Below are positions 37,058 through 49,780 of a stretch of 49,780 nt of DNA, one piece after another (positions within the stretch are counted from its first letter, which is position 1; each line of letters begins with the position of its first letter). The DNA lies in contig CAJVPI010000141.1 of the NCBI GenBank assembly GCA_910592345.1, positions 1-49,780 of the forward strand, given 5' to 3'. The notes under the pieces were generated by a model that saw only the letters and a program-made list of their open reading frames with translations, made no database searches and had not been told where the DNA came from. The DNA is from Paraglomus brasilianum (taxonomy: Eukaryota). The position numbers and the translations under genes were made by a program.

Positions 37058-39667
37058 TACTGTATAAAAATACGTGACGCGTTACTATGTAATTAATATA
37101 GAATTTCTTGAAAATGTACATCAATAATTTCAAAATAAATCATTACATTCCTTCAAAATACTCTCCGCCACTTCCATATGATGTTTCAACCTTTTTTGCC
37201 AATTTAAAGGCTTTACAATACTCTTCCTTTGTATACTTATCACTGCCTGAACAGCTCATGCAAAGTTTGAAACTACTACACGATCTTACTGGGTAGCAGT
37301 TTACAGTGGCTGGATTATTTGAATTTAAAAATCAAGTCTAATGTTTTGAGATTTAACTATATGCTCAGCCTTAACTCTGAGAAGCCTGGCTTTATTGACC
37401 TCTTTCCATCGCACGTTTCATAACATTCTTGATGATGATAATAATAAATAGCAATTCCGTAGTGTAGATGCACATACGCTCCACTACTTGGTAGCTCTGG
37501 CACACTGATGTATTGGCACAGTGACACAGCGGCGCAATAAGTCTTCATATGAACTAGCGCATGTAAAACTCCGATAAGCTGATTAACTATGTCATTGTTA
37601 ATATCGATCAAACAAAATAGTCAATGAATATAGGTCAGGGATGTAGATAAGGTTGCACCCAGCTATATTTAAACTAGTTCAAGTTGACTCCCTAGTTTTA
37701 TCCTGTATGGGTTTCTAGAGGTCTATAGTTAACTTTCTAATATTTCATTATAACTATGTAATATGTTTAGCTTTATTAGTGCAAGTACACCTTTGGCGTT
37801 CAATCGTAGGTGTAACTAATAAAAGGACGCAAAACTTCAACTGAAACTCACAAAAATAGCTCCATAATTTAATAAATAGTAAGTAGATAATAGCTGATTA
37901 TGTAATCTTATGTTCGAGCGATCGCTTATTCAGGTATCACAAGACCAATAGATCAAGAGTCGATAACAACAAAGTACGATCGGGCTAGGACAGTGTCGGC
38001 AAAAATGTAAATACATGTAAGTTAGTAAACTCTATCACAGCCACAAGAAAATTGACTTATAGGTAGGAAGAAAGGATATTATTTCTTACGATGTGATAAT
38101 TTTAATGCTAGCCAATTGATTTACAATCAATCAGAACCAGCAACCGCATGGGAATGTTATTACCAGCTAAAATTTAGTACCCTATGTTTAAGACTTCCAT
38201 TATTACTGTTTTAACATTTCTTTCTTATGTAATGTCCGTTATTTGATTTGTCAATTGAGAAATTAAACAACAAATAAATTAATATACTATTTACACTTTA
38301 TTTATCTGCAAGAATTCAATCCACTATACACATATATAAATAATTTCTTGTGACTAACCAGCTTTAGCATGAGTTTGTAGTTGGAATTTTGGTAATCGTG
38401 GTTAATTGGCACGAAAATATCATGTCAAATGTTTGGCTATTACTATACATTAAAATATGATTAATGTCACAAATAATATTAATATATTGCCGTACTATGT
38501 TAAGCTTTAAAATATACATAATTCTAAAGCTAATGTACGATCAGCTGCAACCAGGAACCGCATTTGCCGTCCAACATATCATGGTTATTTCGTAACTTGG
38601 TTCTACAGTTACGAAATAACATATAACAATCGAGTAGTTTTAGTCGTATACTAACCGTTCTTGAGTTACTAGAGTTTTCCGACTCACACAGTCAATACGT
38701 ACGTGGTGAGAATCGGCATATTATTATAATATTTCGGCTCCTATTACTTATTACTAGGAATTCTTAAGGTAATAGCAGGATTGATTATTTCAAATTCGCT
38801 GTGGTTTATTACGATCGATCATTAAATTCGTCTTGAATTCTCCGCCACAGTAATTATATCAATACAATTAAAAATGTGTATAAGCTCGATAACAATGCGC
38901 GTCTATCATTCTAAATTAATAGTAAATTAGACGTTATGACTAATGTACGGGCAATAATATTGGTCTGCGGTAGGGGACTTTCGGTAATCGCTTTATGGTA
39001 GACTCGGAACGTTTGCGAGATTTTCCCAACCTGCTTGTTTGAAGATATATCTAAAAGACTAATGGTCTCAAGACTAAATCAATCGGTATGACTCTTCCTC
39101 CTTATTATAACTCAAATGACTAAGTTAATACTTTTAGTTATCTAAATAAATGCCTTGTTAATTTATTCATTCACAATTTCAAGTGGCAAGAAATACATTG
39201 ATGGAGATAACTATTGACTAATCATCTAAATGACTATGATTAACTTTCTGTAAGGGGGACCATTGAATATGGCGAATTAATTAGACATTTAGCTCCTGGA
39301 ATGTGACGCGCAATTCCCAGAAAAGCTAGAACAGATGTAATGTGTGTGTATTACTCTTACCAATTATGAGTCTTATTACTAACATCTAAATAGTAATAAC
39401 AACGCGAAATCGGTCGATTTTGATGTATTTTATCACGAAGAATTACAGCTTCCACACAGCTTGCTTAGTGAGTGAACTCGAAAAAAAATTTTTTCTTTTG
39501 AAATCAGTTGATATAATGGAGATCTTTTTGTCATTGGGTACAACCACACCCTTTGTTTCAGCCACATATCTTATCGTCTAATCGTATATAATGTCCCGTT
39601 CCCACACCTTTGCTGTCATTGTTTTTGCAAGTCTGAATTCGCCTCGCTAAAGATACATACATTCGCA

Positions 39668-40307
39668 ATGAGCTTGAAATTCGAACATATTCAGCGTGAG
39701 AAGGTACAAGCATGGGCCGAGAAACTAATAACGTATGTAACAATGGGAATGTCGACACAAAATTAGTTATGAGCAAATTTTCTCAACGCTGACACATTAT
39801 CCTTCATTCGGTTAATTAGACATTTTAATGTTGATAATCTGCGTGAAAAATATCAAGTATTCGCCAAAGAGCATCCGCTGATTAAAGTAAATACAAAATC
39901 AATTGCCACACTCGTTCGATTGACGACATATAACTTATGGACCGTTGTGCTTTTTCTTCTTCCATAGCTCTTCTTATCCATCTTTGCGGTCTTTGCAGCT
40001 GTTCCCACACTCTGCTTTCTCTTTTTCGTTGTACTTGCCACCATATTCGCATTCGGTGGAGCGCTTTGTATTGGACTGGTCATTTGGTTGTCGGCGATTG
40101 GTATAGCAGGTAAATTGATGACAGAATGCGACTTTAATCGAATGTTATATTGGTTCAAATGTTTCTTACGCGTCGTCCATTTCTATTTGTGTAGGTTTCG
40201 CGCTTTTTAGTACGCTAGTTGTTGCAACGACTGCAACCTGCGTGGTGTTCTTTTGGGTGTCATTAGCTGTAGTAATAACCAAATTGTATAAAGCATATGC
40301 AAGATAG
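39668..40307 (+). CDS. Promethin/LDAF1-like lipid-droplet membrane protein, 4 exons (absent from the ORF track)
   Basis: Spliced product MSLKFEHIQREKVQAWAEKLIT/HFNVDNLREKYQVFAKEHPLIK/LFLSIFAVFAAVPTLCFLFF..IGIAG/FALFSTLVV..FFWVSLAVVITKLYKAYAR*. Three GT-AG introns, and an HP motif before a long charge-free hydrophobic stretch. Confidence 0.75.
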
Positions 40308-40576
40308 GGAACAGATAGCTAACTACTTATATTGGTTAGAGCACGCGTGAGAATACCGCTCAAAAGAACAGACCATCTAACCAAGTATCTCAGCCATTGT
40401 ATATAGTGATGATATATATATATAAATATAGTCTCCAGAAGCAATAAAAAACGACGACTCTTACTATCATTTCTTATTGTTACACGATACTATCGATTAT
40501 TCTTGTACAACTGGAAACATTCAAAAAATCGAAAGACTCCTTCCCCTTAACGAAACGCCCACGTAAGAAAACGGCA

Positions 40577-41156
40577 ATGGGAAAAGTATATCAAACCTTC
40601 TTGACTGGTGACAGAATATACGCTTGCACCACATGCCATACTCACCTGGCAAAACACGAGGATCTGATCTCAAAAGTATGTTCACCGTCCCGAAAGTGGA
40701 AACTGTTACCTTTGAATGCAACTAACTAACTGACCACGTCCGTTAGGCATTCCAAGGCAGACATGGTCGTGCTTTCTTATTTGGCTCAGTGTAGGGTATT
40801 TACCATATAATTATCTTATCCACTACTCCCCAATCTTACCAATGCAACTTTAAATCGTTATCCAAAGAGAGAACATATCTTTAGGACCAAAAGAAGACCG
40901 CCTATTGATAACTGGGCTACATTCTGTCAAAGATATTCGATGTAATGTTTGCACGCAGGTGGTCGGATGGAAATACGTAAGTAAGAGTTATATACAACCA
41001 AGTAGTTTACACCAAGTTCATTCTAACTCATAGATCAACAACCGGACGTTGTTATTCAAGGTGTTTGCATTTGAGGAATCACAAAAGTACAAGGAGGGCA
41101 AATATATTGTAGAGAGTGCAATGATTACAAAGGAGAATCAATGGGATGAGGCATAG
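40577..41156 (+). CDS. Yippee-like zinc-binding protein (Moh1/YPEL family), 4 exons
   Basis: MGKVYQTFL..YACTTCHTHL..LISK/AFQGRHGRAFLF../..TGLHSVKDIRCNVC..VGWKY/..ESQKYKEGKY. Confidence 0.95.
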
Positions 41157-41465
41157 CATGGTAAGTGTTGTGTTGAGCGAATAATACAATGCTCAAGTAC
41201 ATAAGATACATACTAATCGCAATTTATCGAATGTTTATAGAAACAATTCCTAAAGACATTCCCTGTTTTTTCTTTTTAGTGCGATTCGCACTTTTTTTCT
41301 TGTAATATATGTTAATAGACTAATAAATATCTAATCATCAAGAACTGAATTACATTCTCTCACGTTTAACATACTGTGAATATGCGCTCTTAGATCAATG
41401 ACTATTGGAATAACATCACATTAAAATTTACCTTTTGTCTTACTCATAACCTCACATTCTTATTA

Positions 41466-42669
41466 CTATTTCCAATAATTATAGTACTTATCCCCATAAT
41501 TGTTCACATCGTCTTCCAACTCATCCCATCTGGTTCTCGGTCTATCCTTCTCATCCTTGTTATTATTCGCGTCTCTTAGTGCTCGGAGTTCCTGAAGATC
41601 CTCTCTTAACCAGCGCTCAACAATTATCAACAATGGCGAGTCCATGTGCTGACGCAGTGCAGTTGAGGAGAGAGTAGATCGGAGTTGCACTTGTTCGGCT
41701 ATAACAGCATCCAGTTCAGGGAAATTGGAAAATTCGTAACTGGCAATTATTCGTCCACGTTTCATATGCGATACACAAGTTGGCCAACTACCAAGTCCAT
41801 CGAATATATGGGTTGCATAGACCTATAGGGATTGGGCACGAAGCGCTAAGAATCTCGTGTATCAATTCATCACATTCTCCAGACCTGATACTCACGATAG
41901 TAGCACCTCGTATCTCTGTCTCTCTTTTTAAGAACCTCAATAGATCTGCCCTAACCAACACATCCAGATCAACTGTAACCTCGTCCATTAATAGCAGCTC
42001 CCATGGCTTGATCAAACCCAAAACCAATTGCACTCTTCGTCTTTCCCCATCAGATACCTGGTGCATGTGCCAGTCGGGATTAATGTCCATGATTTGAATC
42101 AAGCGATCTCGACGTTCGGCATACCTATCACCATTCATCTTGGAAAGCAGAGTGGATACGCGGACGTCTCCACGGACAATGGGATTATTAACCCATTCTG
42201 TTCCTAGATACGTTATGCCCTGGTTACTTGGTATGTAGACGGGAATTTAATGAGTATGTGTGAATATGAAAGTGAAATCGAATCGAGTGCGGCCAAAGTT
42301 GTCTCATAACTCGTGTATGCGAAAGTAACAGAACTTACAGGCGGCGAGTCGTTGAAGGCATCCTTGCCAAAGACGAGGACTTTATCTCTGACCATTCGTT
42401 TTCCTGCCAGTATTGTTAATAGTGTCGACTTACCAGCTCCGTTCGCCCCTAAAAGCAGAAAGCATACTTTGTGAGTGTTTTCCAAAAGGTCACAAACGAA
42501 TACCATTTTACATATATTCACCAACTAGCAAACACCTGCTGCCTCTCTGCAGTTTAAACTGAATGTCATTCAATATCAACGGTCCACCATAACTGAAATT
42601 CAATTTGGATATTTCAATTACGCAGTCCGGATGGCCTGTAGTGGTACTGTCAATTTGGGTCGACGTCAT
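41466..42669 (-). CDS. CAF16: Soluble single-domain ABC ATPase (Caf16/ABCI-like), 4 exons
   Basis: Walker [18 protein letters not shown], signature variant [10 protein letters not shown], Walker [21 protein letters not shown]. No transmembrane segment. Confidence 0.9.
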
Positions 42670-43395
42670 AGTTGGCTATGTAAAAGAGTGTTAGTCGCAG
42701 AAAATAAAAAACGCCGATTTCCCCAAATTCTCTCGACCACTGTATATTGACATCATGCTATGTATTACTTACCGTACAAGTTAAATGTAGTAACGAATAT
42801 TTGAAACAGTCTCAAGTATGACTTTTTGCCTTAATATCGAGTTACAATAGTAACATTTATGGTTACGCACGAGAATGCTAGGTCACCTGACTTGATGATT
42901 GAAAGTAGCATCAAGCCGCCCTTACTTCAATTAAGACTGAATATTAAACCTCATTTGTAATTAAAGTGCGCGCTTCTTCACTCCCTATTCGAGCTTCGTG
43001 ATTCCAAATAAGGGACAACAACAATTATTCTACTGCGGAATCGAAGGGGAATATTCTATTTAATAATTAAACAGAACTATCTTCGATTTGGTATCTTGAC
43101 TAGTCACGTTCTGTCACTTGTCTCAAACTAATTAAACAATATTCGTTTTAATAAATACTTATCAATTCTCGTTCCTCAATCAAGAGTACTAGATCAACGG
43201 ATAATTTATACAGCTTAAATGAGCCGTTTATTAATATCCGGTTAAATAATTATTATTTCGATAAAAGAAAGTAAATTTCGATAGCTTGTGTAGAAGACAT
43301 GCAAGATATTTTAGAGACATTCTGTCTTGCACCTTCTTATTCCAATCAATGAAGGAACATTTCTCACCTCTGATGACATTTATTGGAGAGGCAAT

Positions 43396-43909
43396 TAGTA
43401 AGCATTGGGGCGCTTTGGGAGAGCTTTTGGATATCCATTCATGGTTAAGTGTCTCGAAATTGTCTCGGGTGATACCTCCACGCCAATTTGAAACATTTTG
43501 TTAGCCAACATTCTTGTTGAAACTGAAGTATCTCGTCGTATAAATTGTCCCAACGCTCTTGAGGCATTTCCGGTAATCTTTTTGGGCCGACCATTACCTC
43601 TTGCATGATCTACAGTTCTGTTCTTTTTAATTTTTTTTATATTATCATAAATTGTGGAAAGGGGAATATTCGTGCGGCGATAAATTTCTGGTTATTATGA
43701 ATGCCTTTGTTCCACAATTATAATATGGTTTGGCGTTGCGTTTCTTGCTCAGAAGTTGGCATTATGCTTGTATGTTAAATCTGAACGTTGCTTAAGGTTT
43801 AGAGTTGCAAACAACGCTCAAATTTAGCTCCCAAATTGGGCAGAAAACAAACGCGTGAGACGCGTTTACGTCGCATAAAAAAAAATCCGGTTTTTTTTGT
43901 TACACACTG
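43396..43909 (-). mobile_element. Truncated Tc1-like transposon: one end plus transposase N-terminus
   Basis: Terminus TA|cagtgtgtaacaaaaa on the minus strand at 43909. ATG at 43762, then frameshifted MPTSEQETQRQTIL*LWNKG..RTNIPLSTIYDNIKKL..GNGRPKKIT..TISRHL. Confidence 0.85.
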
Positions 43910-43914
43910 TAGTT

Positions 43915-44626
43915 ACTGCAAGCAAGAGAATCTCGTCTGCATATGGGAGTACTTATGAATCAATTGGTATAAGAAGAGTTGTTGAAATCTCTTTGCTCAA
44001 GCCTCATATTCAAAAGCCTTACCTTTAGCAAGAACCACTATGCTGGTAGAATCACACTGGCGCATCCTCAAACACAATTATAAACGTAATTGTAACCGAC
44101 CTCGTTTGGATCGCTTAACACAGATTCTAACAAAGACAATCGTACATTTCTATCGTGGTGGGGAATTCAAGCAAGACTGGAAATTGCATTAGAAAAGGAA
44201 GTTAATATAGTACGACATGTTATACTGATATCGACAGATGGATTTGTTCATGTCCTACATCCATAGGAAGCACTTGTCTGTCTGTTATGCAAGCATCTTG
44301 AGATACGCAGCCGAAAATCCAAACTTTTTCCCAGGTATTGATCTGGCAAATAGTCACTGGAATAATATTCTCTTGCTGAATCTGAATCGAAAGGAAATGG
44401 TGATTATGATGAGTTGATATTAAGCTTACGCGATCGAAATGAGTTAATTGATCTTAGGAAGAAGACATTCGCGTCCTTCTTAGACATCGTTTCAGACAAC
44501 GTTGACAATGATCCCTTATATAATAGGTATAAGAAACTGAAACAAACATTAACAAATGTGGCTGTGGCTTGCCGGGGAGCATTGAGAGCTAGAAGCAAAG
44601 AACTTGGGACCTCCATTTTTGGTTAA
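43915..44626 (+). pseudogene. MULE-related transposase / SWIM zinc-finger remnant
   Basis: WEYL*INWY..RTTMLVESHWRILKHNY..RPRLDRL, then WICSCP and LCKHL (SWIM-like) with stops and frameshifts. Confidence 0.65.
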
Positions 44627-44864
44627 GATAATGTGGTATGTAGTTTATATGCCAGGAGGAAGTGTTGTTATAATAAATATAGTATATTTGATGTGGTTAT
44701 TGCACAGTCGGGTGGAGAGCATTAGTTATTATGTTGCTACTAGTATCACACAAAGTTTTGTCAGCATGATGGCCACATGAAGATGTTAACTTTGCATATG
44801 CACTGATATGTTGATGATGAAATTTTCTATATTCTGAGACTAATGCATTATTTTTTTATATTAG

Positions 44865-45355
44865 TTTGATAGTGCCTTTGAAGGAGTCTGTACCTTATAT
44901 GATATGGAGCAATCAAGATGGATGAGGAGAAACCACTTAGTTCAGATCAGATTAAGGATAATGTAGATATATTGAAAAGGAAACTCAGAAAAGACACTTC
45001 ACCACTTTATCAGTGTTTATACTCTGCTATAAATGAGGCATTGGTTCGCAAATTAACTTGGAAGAATCCCTTAGCCAGTCAAGTTATTAGCAACAGGTCA
45101 GAGCTCATACAAAAATTACCTGTACATCTGCAAAAAGCATTTATGGTATGTAATCATTAATAGGCTGATTTTTCCGATGAAAGAATATATTTCACTCATT
45201 TTAATTATTTGCATAGAAACTGGCTCAGTTGATGAAACCCACACTTATGCCAAAGGTTAAAGACATGTGTAGAGAATTTATAACAAATACTTCCAGCCAT
45301 AATTGTGACAAAAGATTGCCAGGAAGGTTAATCCATGATGGGACATGGAAAGCTC
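44865..45355 (+). pseudogene. Fragment of an intron-containing protein of unknown function
   Basis: Exon-like blocks joined by a GT-AG intron (45147-45216), frameshift near 44915, truncated after IHDGTWK. Confidence 0.45.
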
Positions 45356-46199
45356 CACTTGCTCTGAATATATTCCAAACTGAGAAAAAATTAGTATTAG
45401 AAGATTTTAATTAGAAAGAGCAAAGATCAAAGAATTAGGGAACTAGAAGAAGAAATAAAAGAATTAGATGAAGCATTAGAATTAGAGGAAAACATTTCTG
45501 AATGTCATTTAGAGGCTCTTGAAGTGGCTAGACAATGGAGGGTAAGGGAAAAAATAACAATTTAGAAAAAGCTCAAGGAACCAAAAAATTTAAACTCCTA
45601 ACTAAAAAGTAAAGAACAGAATTAAGCAAGTAAAGGAGAAAATTTTAATACCTATATTCTATAAATGATAAATAATGAAATTAGAATATCAAGCTATCAA
45701 GTTAAGGAGGGGAGATAAATGGCATAGGCATTGTAATTTCTGCCCTTTTGAAAAAGAAAGAAGTTTAACTGCTACTTACAAAATAATACAGGCAATAATG
45801 ATTATATAAGGGGCAATTTTTTCTTCTTGTTCTTTTTTTAAAATACTTCTAATAATGCTGTAATTTTTTTGTTCCATGGTGGATCAATGCAAATTAATTT
45901 CATATTATATTTTTAAATAGACATAGTCCTATATTAATCTTTAGATAGGAATAGAAGTTTGCTACATAAATTTGTGTGCAAGTCATTGCTGTGATAATAA
46001 AAATGCTATTAGTCACATTAGTCAACTTTCAGCCACATCAGCCTCTCATTTATGTCACATAATAAAATGTTCCCTTTTACTTTGTCTGGTTTTGTTGCAG
46101 TCTGCCCCATATTAATATTATCTATTATTTAGATAACTATTGACTTATGTTTAATTTCCACTAGTTATGTGATGAGCATCAGATATTCTTGCCACAAAT

Positions 46200-46432
46200 G
46201 TTTGGGTTACCATCAGATACAAGCAAACAAAAGTATTGTCTAATAAAATGTGAGGATGGATTATGTTATTATTATCAGTGTAAAGCACAAATACCTCCTG
46301 ATTGGACTACAGCCAACAGATATTTATTATGGATAATGTGATCAATAAATATGATGCTTATATACAATGGATAGAGTACTCTCTATTGACAGATGTGCAA
46401 GAGATGACCTCGTTATGCCATGGATGCACATA
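46200..46432 (+). pseudogene. Probable remnant of the N-terminal region of a TKL kinase
   Basis: CKAQIPPDWTTANRYL and DAYIQWIEYSLLTDVQEM resemble the WTSGN..WI(P/E)Y pre-kinase segment of these fungal kinases; frameshifted. Confidence 0.5.
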
Positions 46433-46707
46433 ATTTAGTCCACTTGTTCCACTTATTGTCCAACTGTAAACCACAGAGAAATAAATCATTCTGACAATCC
46501 AGTCTAAGTTTCAGTTCCCTCCCATACTAATACGTCCGACTTGCTGTTCCAATCGGTTGACTACAGTGGACTCAAACAGTTGTTGGATGTGTTGGGGGGT
46601 GGGGGGAAGGGGAATATGCGAAAATTTTTCGTGAACCGATCACAAGCCGTGATTGGGAGGCGATACACACATACAGTAAAAGGATGAGAGGTTTTTAATA
46701 GGGAGGG

Positions 46708-46753
46708 TATGACATCAATATTAATTACAATATGACATCAGTGTTAATTACAA
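46708..46753. repeat. 23-bp tandem duplication
   Basis: tatgacatca(a/g)t(a/g)ttaattacaa x2. Confidence 0.9.
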
Positions 46754-47569
46754 TAAATTAAATATGTAAGATTATATTGACACCATTCGATGGTACGTTC
46801 CTTGTGTTTAGAATCAAAAAGATCGGTTCGATAGATCGATACAAGGAGCTTTTTACGATTGGTTAAAGCGCAAATGCTAACCACTGGTAAGCCAAAGCCA
46901 ACGTACATTTTCACATGCATTCTGTGAAAATAGTCTAGTTGATTGACAGACTGTTGTTACATTTTCTAAACCGTTCTTTTTGCCAAGTCAATTATCCGTC
47001 GTGAATGATCTTCCGTTCCACGTGTATTTAATATTAATATATTAATTGAATATTCCCAAATACAGTTATAAGATCACGTGAAATTGCTGACACTGCCGAA
47101 CAAATTATACAATTCTTCGTCTATTTCATTAGTGTGAGTGCTTACTTTTGAAAACTGTACAGTATTACAAAAACACGCATCAGCTCAGATCATAAATAAT
47201 ATCGATTAAACATATACAATTTAGAATGAACAAGATATTGCGTGACAGGAATGGTTTAATAAAAGGGGAGGAGTGTTGTAATTTCTCCTTTATTGTATAA
47301 AAAAGGTTTCTCTTTTTTAAGTATTGAGATGAAGATTATTGCAAGTAAGTCGTCACATATGTGAACGGCCGAAGGAGAAAGCCAACGGTTTACAGTCTTA
47401 TAAGGATTAGAACTAATGTTGTACAGTATTTATTTAATGTGTCGAGAATGCTCTAGACTATATTGGTGATCATTGCGTATGGATTACAACTAAATTAGAA
47501 TTTACAGTTTTTTGTTTTATATTTATATTATACATTTTAAAAAATTTTTTCTTTCACTCAAAATTTATC

Positions 47570-49001
47570 TCAAGTATACATCAAAAGCTCCTCTAAATTT
47601 TCGCAGCTCTCGAATGTAAAATTCAGAAACGACCTCTTCGTTAATGATCTAACTAATGTCCTTTTGCACAACCCGTATTGTATAAGCTTAGCAATAGCTA
47701 TATTCGAATATTCACACAAATCACCAAAGGCCTCAAATATGTGCAGCCATAACTCAAGTGGCAAATGAACGGTCTTTCTCATTCTTATTTCATTTCCTAC
47801 TCGCTGCCACGGAAGGTTAAACGCACACATCCTCACTATACACAACAGCTTTGTTGCCGCTGCACAGTCTATTGTCCTGATAAGTCGGATATTCTGGTGT
47901 AAAAGATACATTATTCTGTCAACTATTTGCAAAGATAGTTCTTCTTGTGCTTTGTTAATAGTAGCCACGATTCGTCGATAACTTGTTTGAATGTTGTTTA
48001 ATCCGTTGTCGTAAACAAACGTGAAAAGTTCAATGTTAGTGTTTACTTCAAGAGTCCTGCGTATGTCGATTAGGCAATTAATGTCCAGGTGAGAGGGATC
48101 AAGTGGACGTGCTCTGACCCGACGAAGCGTTTTGTTATACAAGAGCGAATCACATAGGGTGGAAATTGTTGCTGGTGTCATCCGACTGTCCGCAAAATAC
48201 GCAGACTTTAATGAAACATTCGTCTTCAATGCTGCTGTAATTGCTATTAGTTCCTCTTCGGTAAAATCATTTCCTTCACATGACAATGCAGAGCCCATGA
48301 ACGTTGGCGATGCTAGAAACGACGCTACGACAAGACCCTTGCTATCTGATGATTTTGACTTGATTTGAATTTCTAGACTTCCCGAGGAGTAGTCGGAGCA
48401 ATATTGATTGAGAACATCGAAAAACTCGGTTAATTCAAATGCATTGACGGTTTCAAGATTCATAGTGACAACGTTTATGTTACACGTTTCGGTTGAATGT
48501 TTGAGGTTGAGACAGACCGCACAGAGGTGAAACACGTCCCAATTATATCTATAAGAAGATGATGCGGGATGTGAGTATGCAAATAAGTATGTTAAACGTT
48601 GATGATTAGTTTGAGCTCATTCATACCTTGTGCTTCCATCATCTTTTAATTCTTTCGATTCAAGTAATGTAGAATGTCTTGCTGATAGATAATCCGCCAG
48701 CGCTTGTTGCAACTTTTCCCTGTAATTTTCTTGAGCACTATTAATGTGCCTATAGGATATTCTCCATAATTTAAAGTATCCGTCTATTACGCGTGGACTC
48801 AATTGACATAATGGAACGCCGTCTATAAATGAATTATACGCATCTGGCTCTATATGAGGAGATACAAACATATGAGATGATACTGTATGCAAAACAGAAC
48901 GTTCAATTCGCAATGTACATACCTGGATTTAGTTTCACTTCGACCCGTGATGGGACGTCTTCCTTAAATAGATTATCAAAATCTAAATCTAAATCCTCCA
49001 T
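47570..49001 (-). CDS. Protein with a CCHC zinc knuckle, RNI-like leucine-rich repeats and a C-terminal F-box-like motif, 3 exons
   Basis: Exons 49001(or 49058)-48923, 48882-48627, 48548-47570 are in frame. CAVCLNLKHSTETC; ALKTNVSLK, SLLYNKTLR, TLEVNTNIE; HLPLELWLHIF. Confidence 0.75.
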
Positions 49002-49780
49002 TATTCTTTTTAACGTTGATGTTGAACGTGTACATGTAATTTTGGACAGTGAAAGCATTCTTATATTAGTAACCAAATTACTACGCCGGGCCGCAGACAA
49101 AACTACAATGCAAATTAAGATCTATGTACAACTATATTTAATATACCATATCTGAAGTACACAGGCATCATATTTTGATTCTGCTTATTGTGATTGCAAT
49201 TGGTTTATTTGCTATTTGTTGACTGTGTTACATTGTATTGTATTGTCAGAAAACAAATACAATATTATTTCGAATAATGTGACACTTGTTTCAATCAACA
49301 AGACAGAATGCTCTTCAATTACAATGTTCTCAATAGACCGACTCGTGACCAAAAGTCGAACAAAAGAAAACTAACGACAATATTGTGCGAGTTTCTTTTG
49401 CAGGTCAGTAGGTGCGTAGCAATTAAATTTGCGTAATGTGAAAAGTAACCACTTATGGCATGCTGCGCCTCCGTGACTCTAAAATACGACTGCGGCCGTT
49501 CTTTAGAGGGACTGTGATATTGACAGACTGGCGAATCATCGTCTGAGTGTTACCCAGCCGTGGGAACATATATAACACAATGCACACAAGTTGTGCGGAG
49601 TACGATGGTGTCACTTTTAGTCGAAATGTGTCATTCTTACTTCTCAATATTCTAAAGACCAAGGCCAAGTTACGATATACTTTGTTGAACGTAATCTATT
49701 GGGTTTTTCCGCGACAGCACAAAACGCTATAATTAGTCTATATTTAATTGTTCTTCTAGAAATAGTTAAAAGTGCGTTGC

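Noticed and set aside
43915..44000. Two TGA codons at likely Trp positions suggesting genetic code 4
   Set aside because: TGG is used alongside, the fragment is frameshifted, and neighbouring genes use the standard code; simple G-to-A decay suffices.
1..49780. tRNA, rRNA or snRNA genes
   Set aside because: None recognised by eye; tRNAscan-SE and Infernal would be needed to exclude them.

Overview
Eukaryotic, AT-rich, intron-containing fungal DNA. Tyrosine-kinase-like (TKL) kinase/Sel1-repeat genes and many degraded pogo, Tc1 and MULE elements point to an arbuscular mycorrhizal (Glomeromycotina-type) or related early-diverging fungus; this is inferred from gene content only. 1-17.5 kb is largely accessory: two tandem kinase/Sel1 paralogues, two Tigger/pogo transposons, several non-autonomous derivatives and one tetraspanin gene. 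20-30 kb and 39.6-42.7 kb hold conserved spliced genes: 2-Cys peroxiredoxin, a YEATS2/Ahc1-like chromatin protein, an unknown protein, an ARA2-like aldo-keto reductase, a promethin-like protein, Yippee and a CAF16-like ABC ATPase. 43.4-46.4 kb is a mosaic of pseudogene fragments, followed by a zinc-knuckle/LRR/C-terminal-F-box-like gene. The most striking observation is an intact PHO84/PHT1-family transporter (35.3-37.1 kb) that keeps most phosphate-binding residues but has lost all four acidic residues of the proton-relay path. All exon models and alignments were made by eye; no database searches were run.
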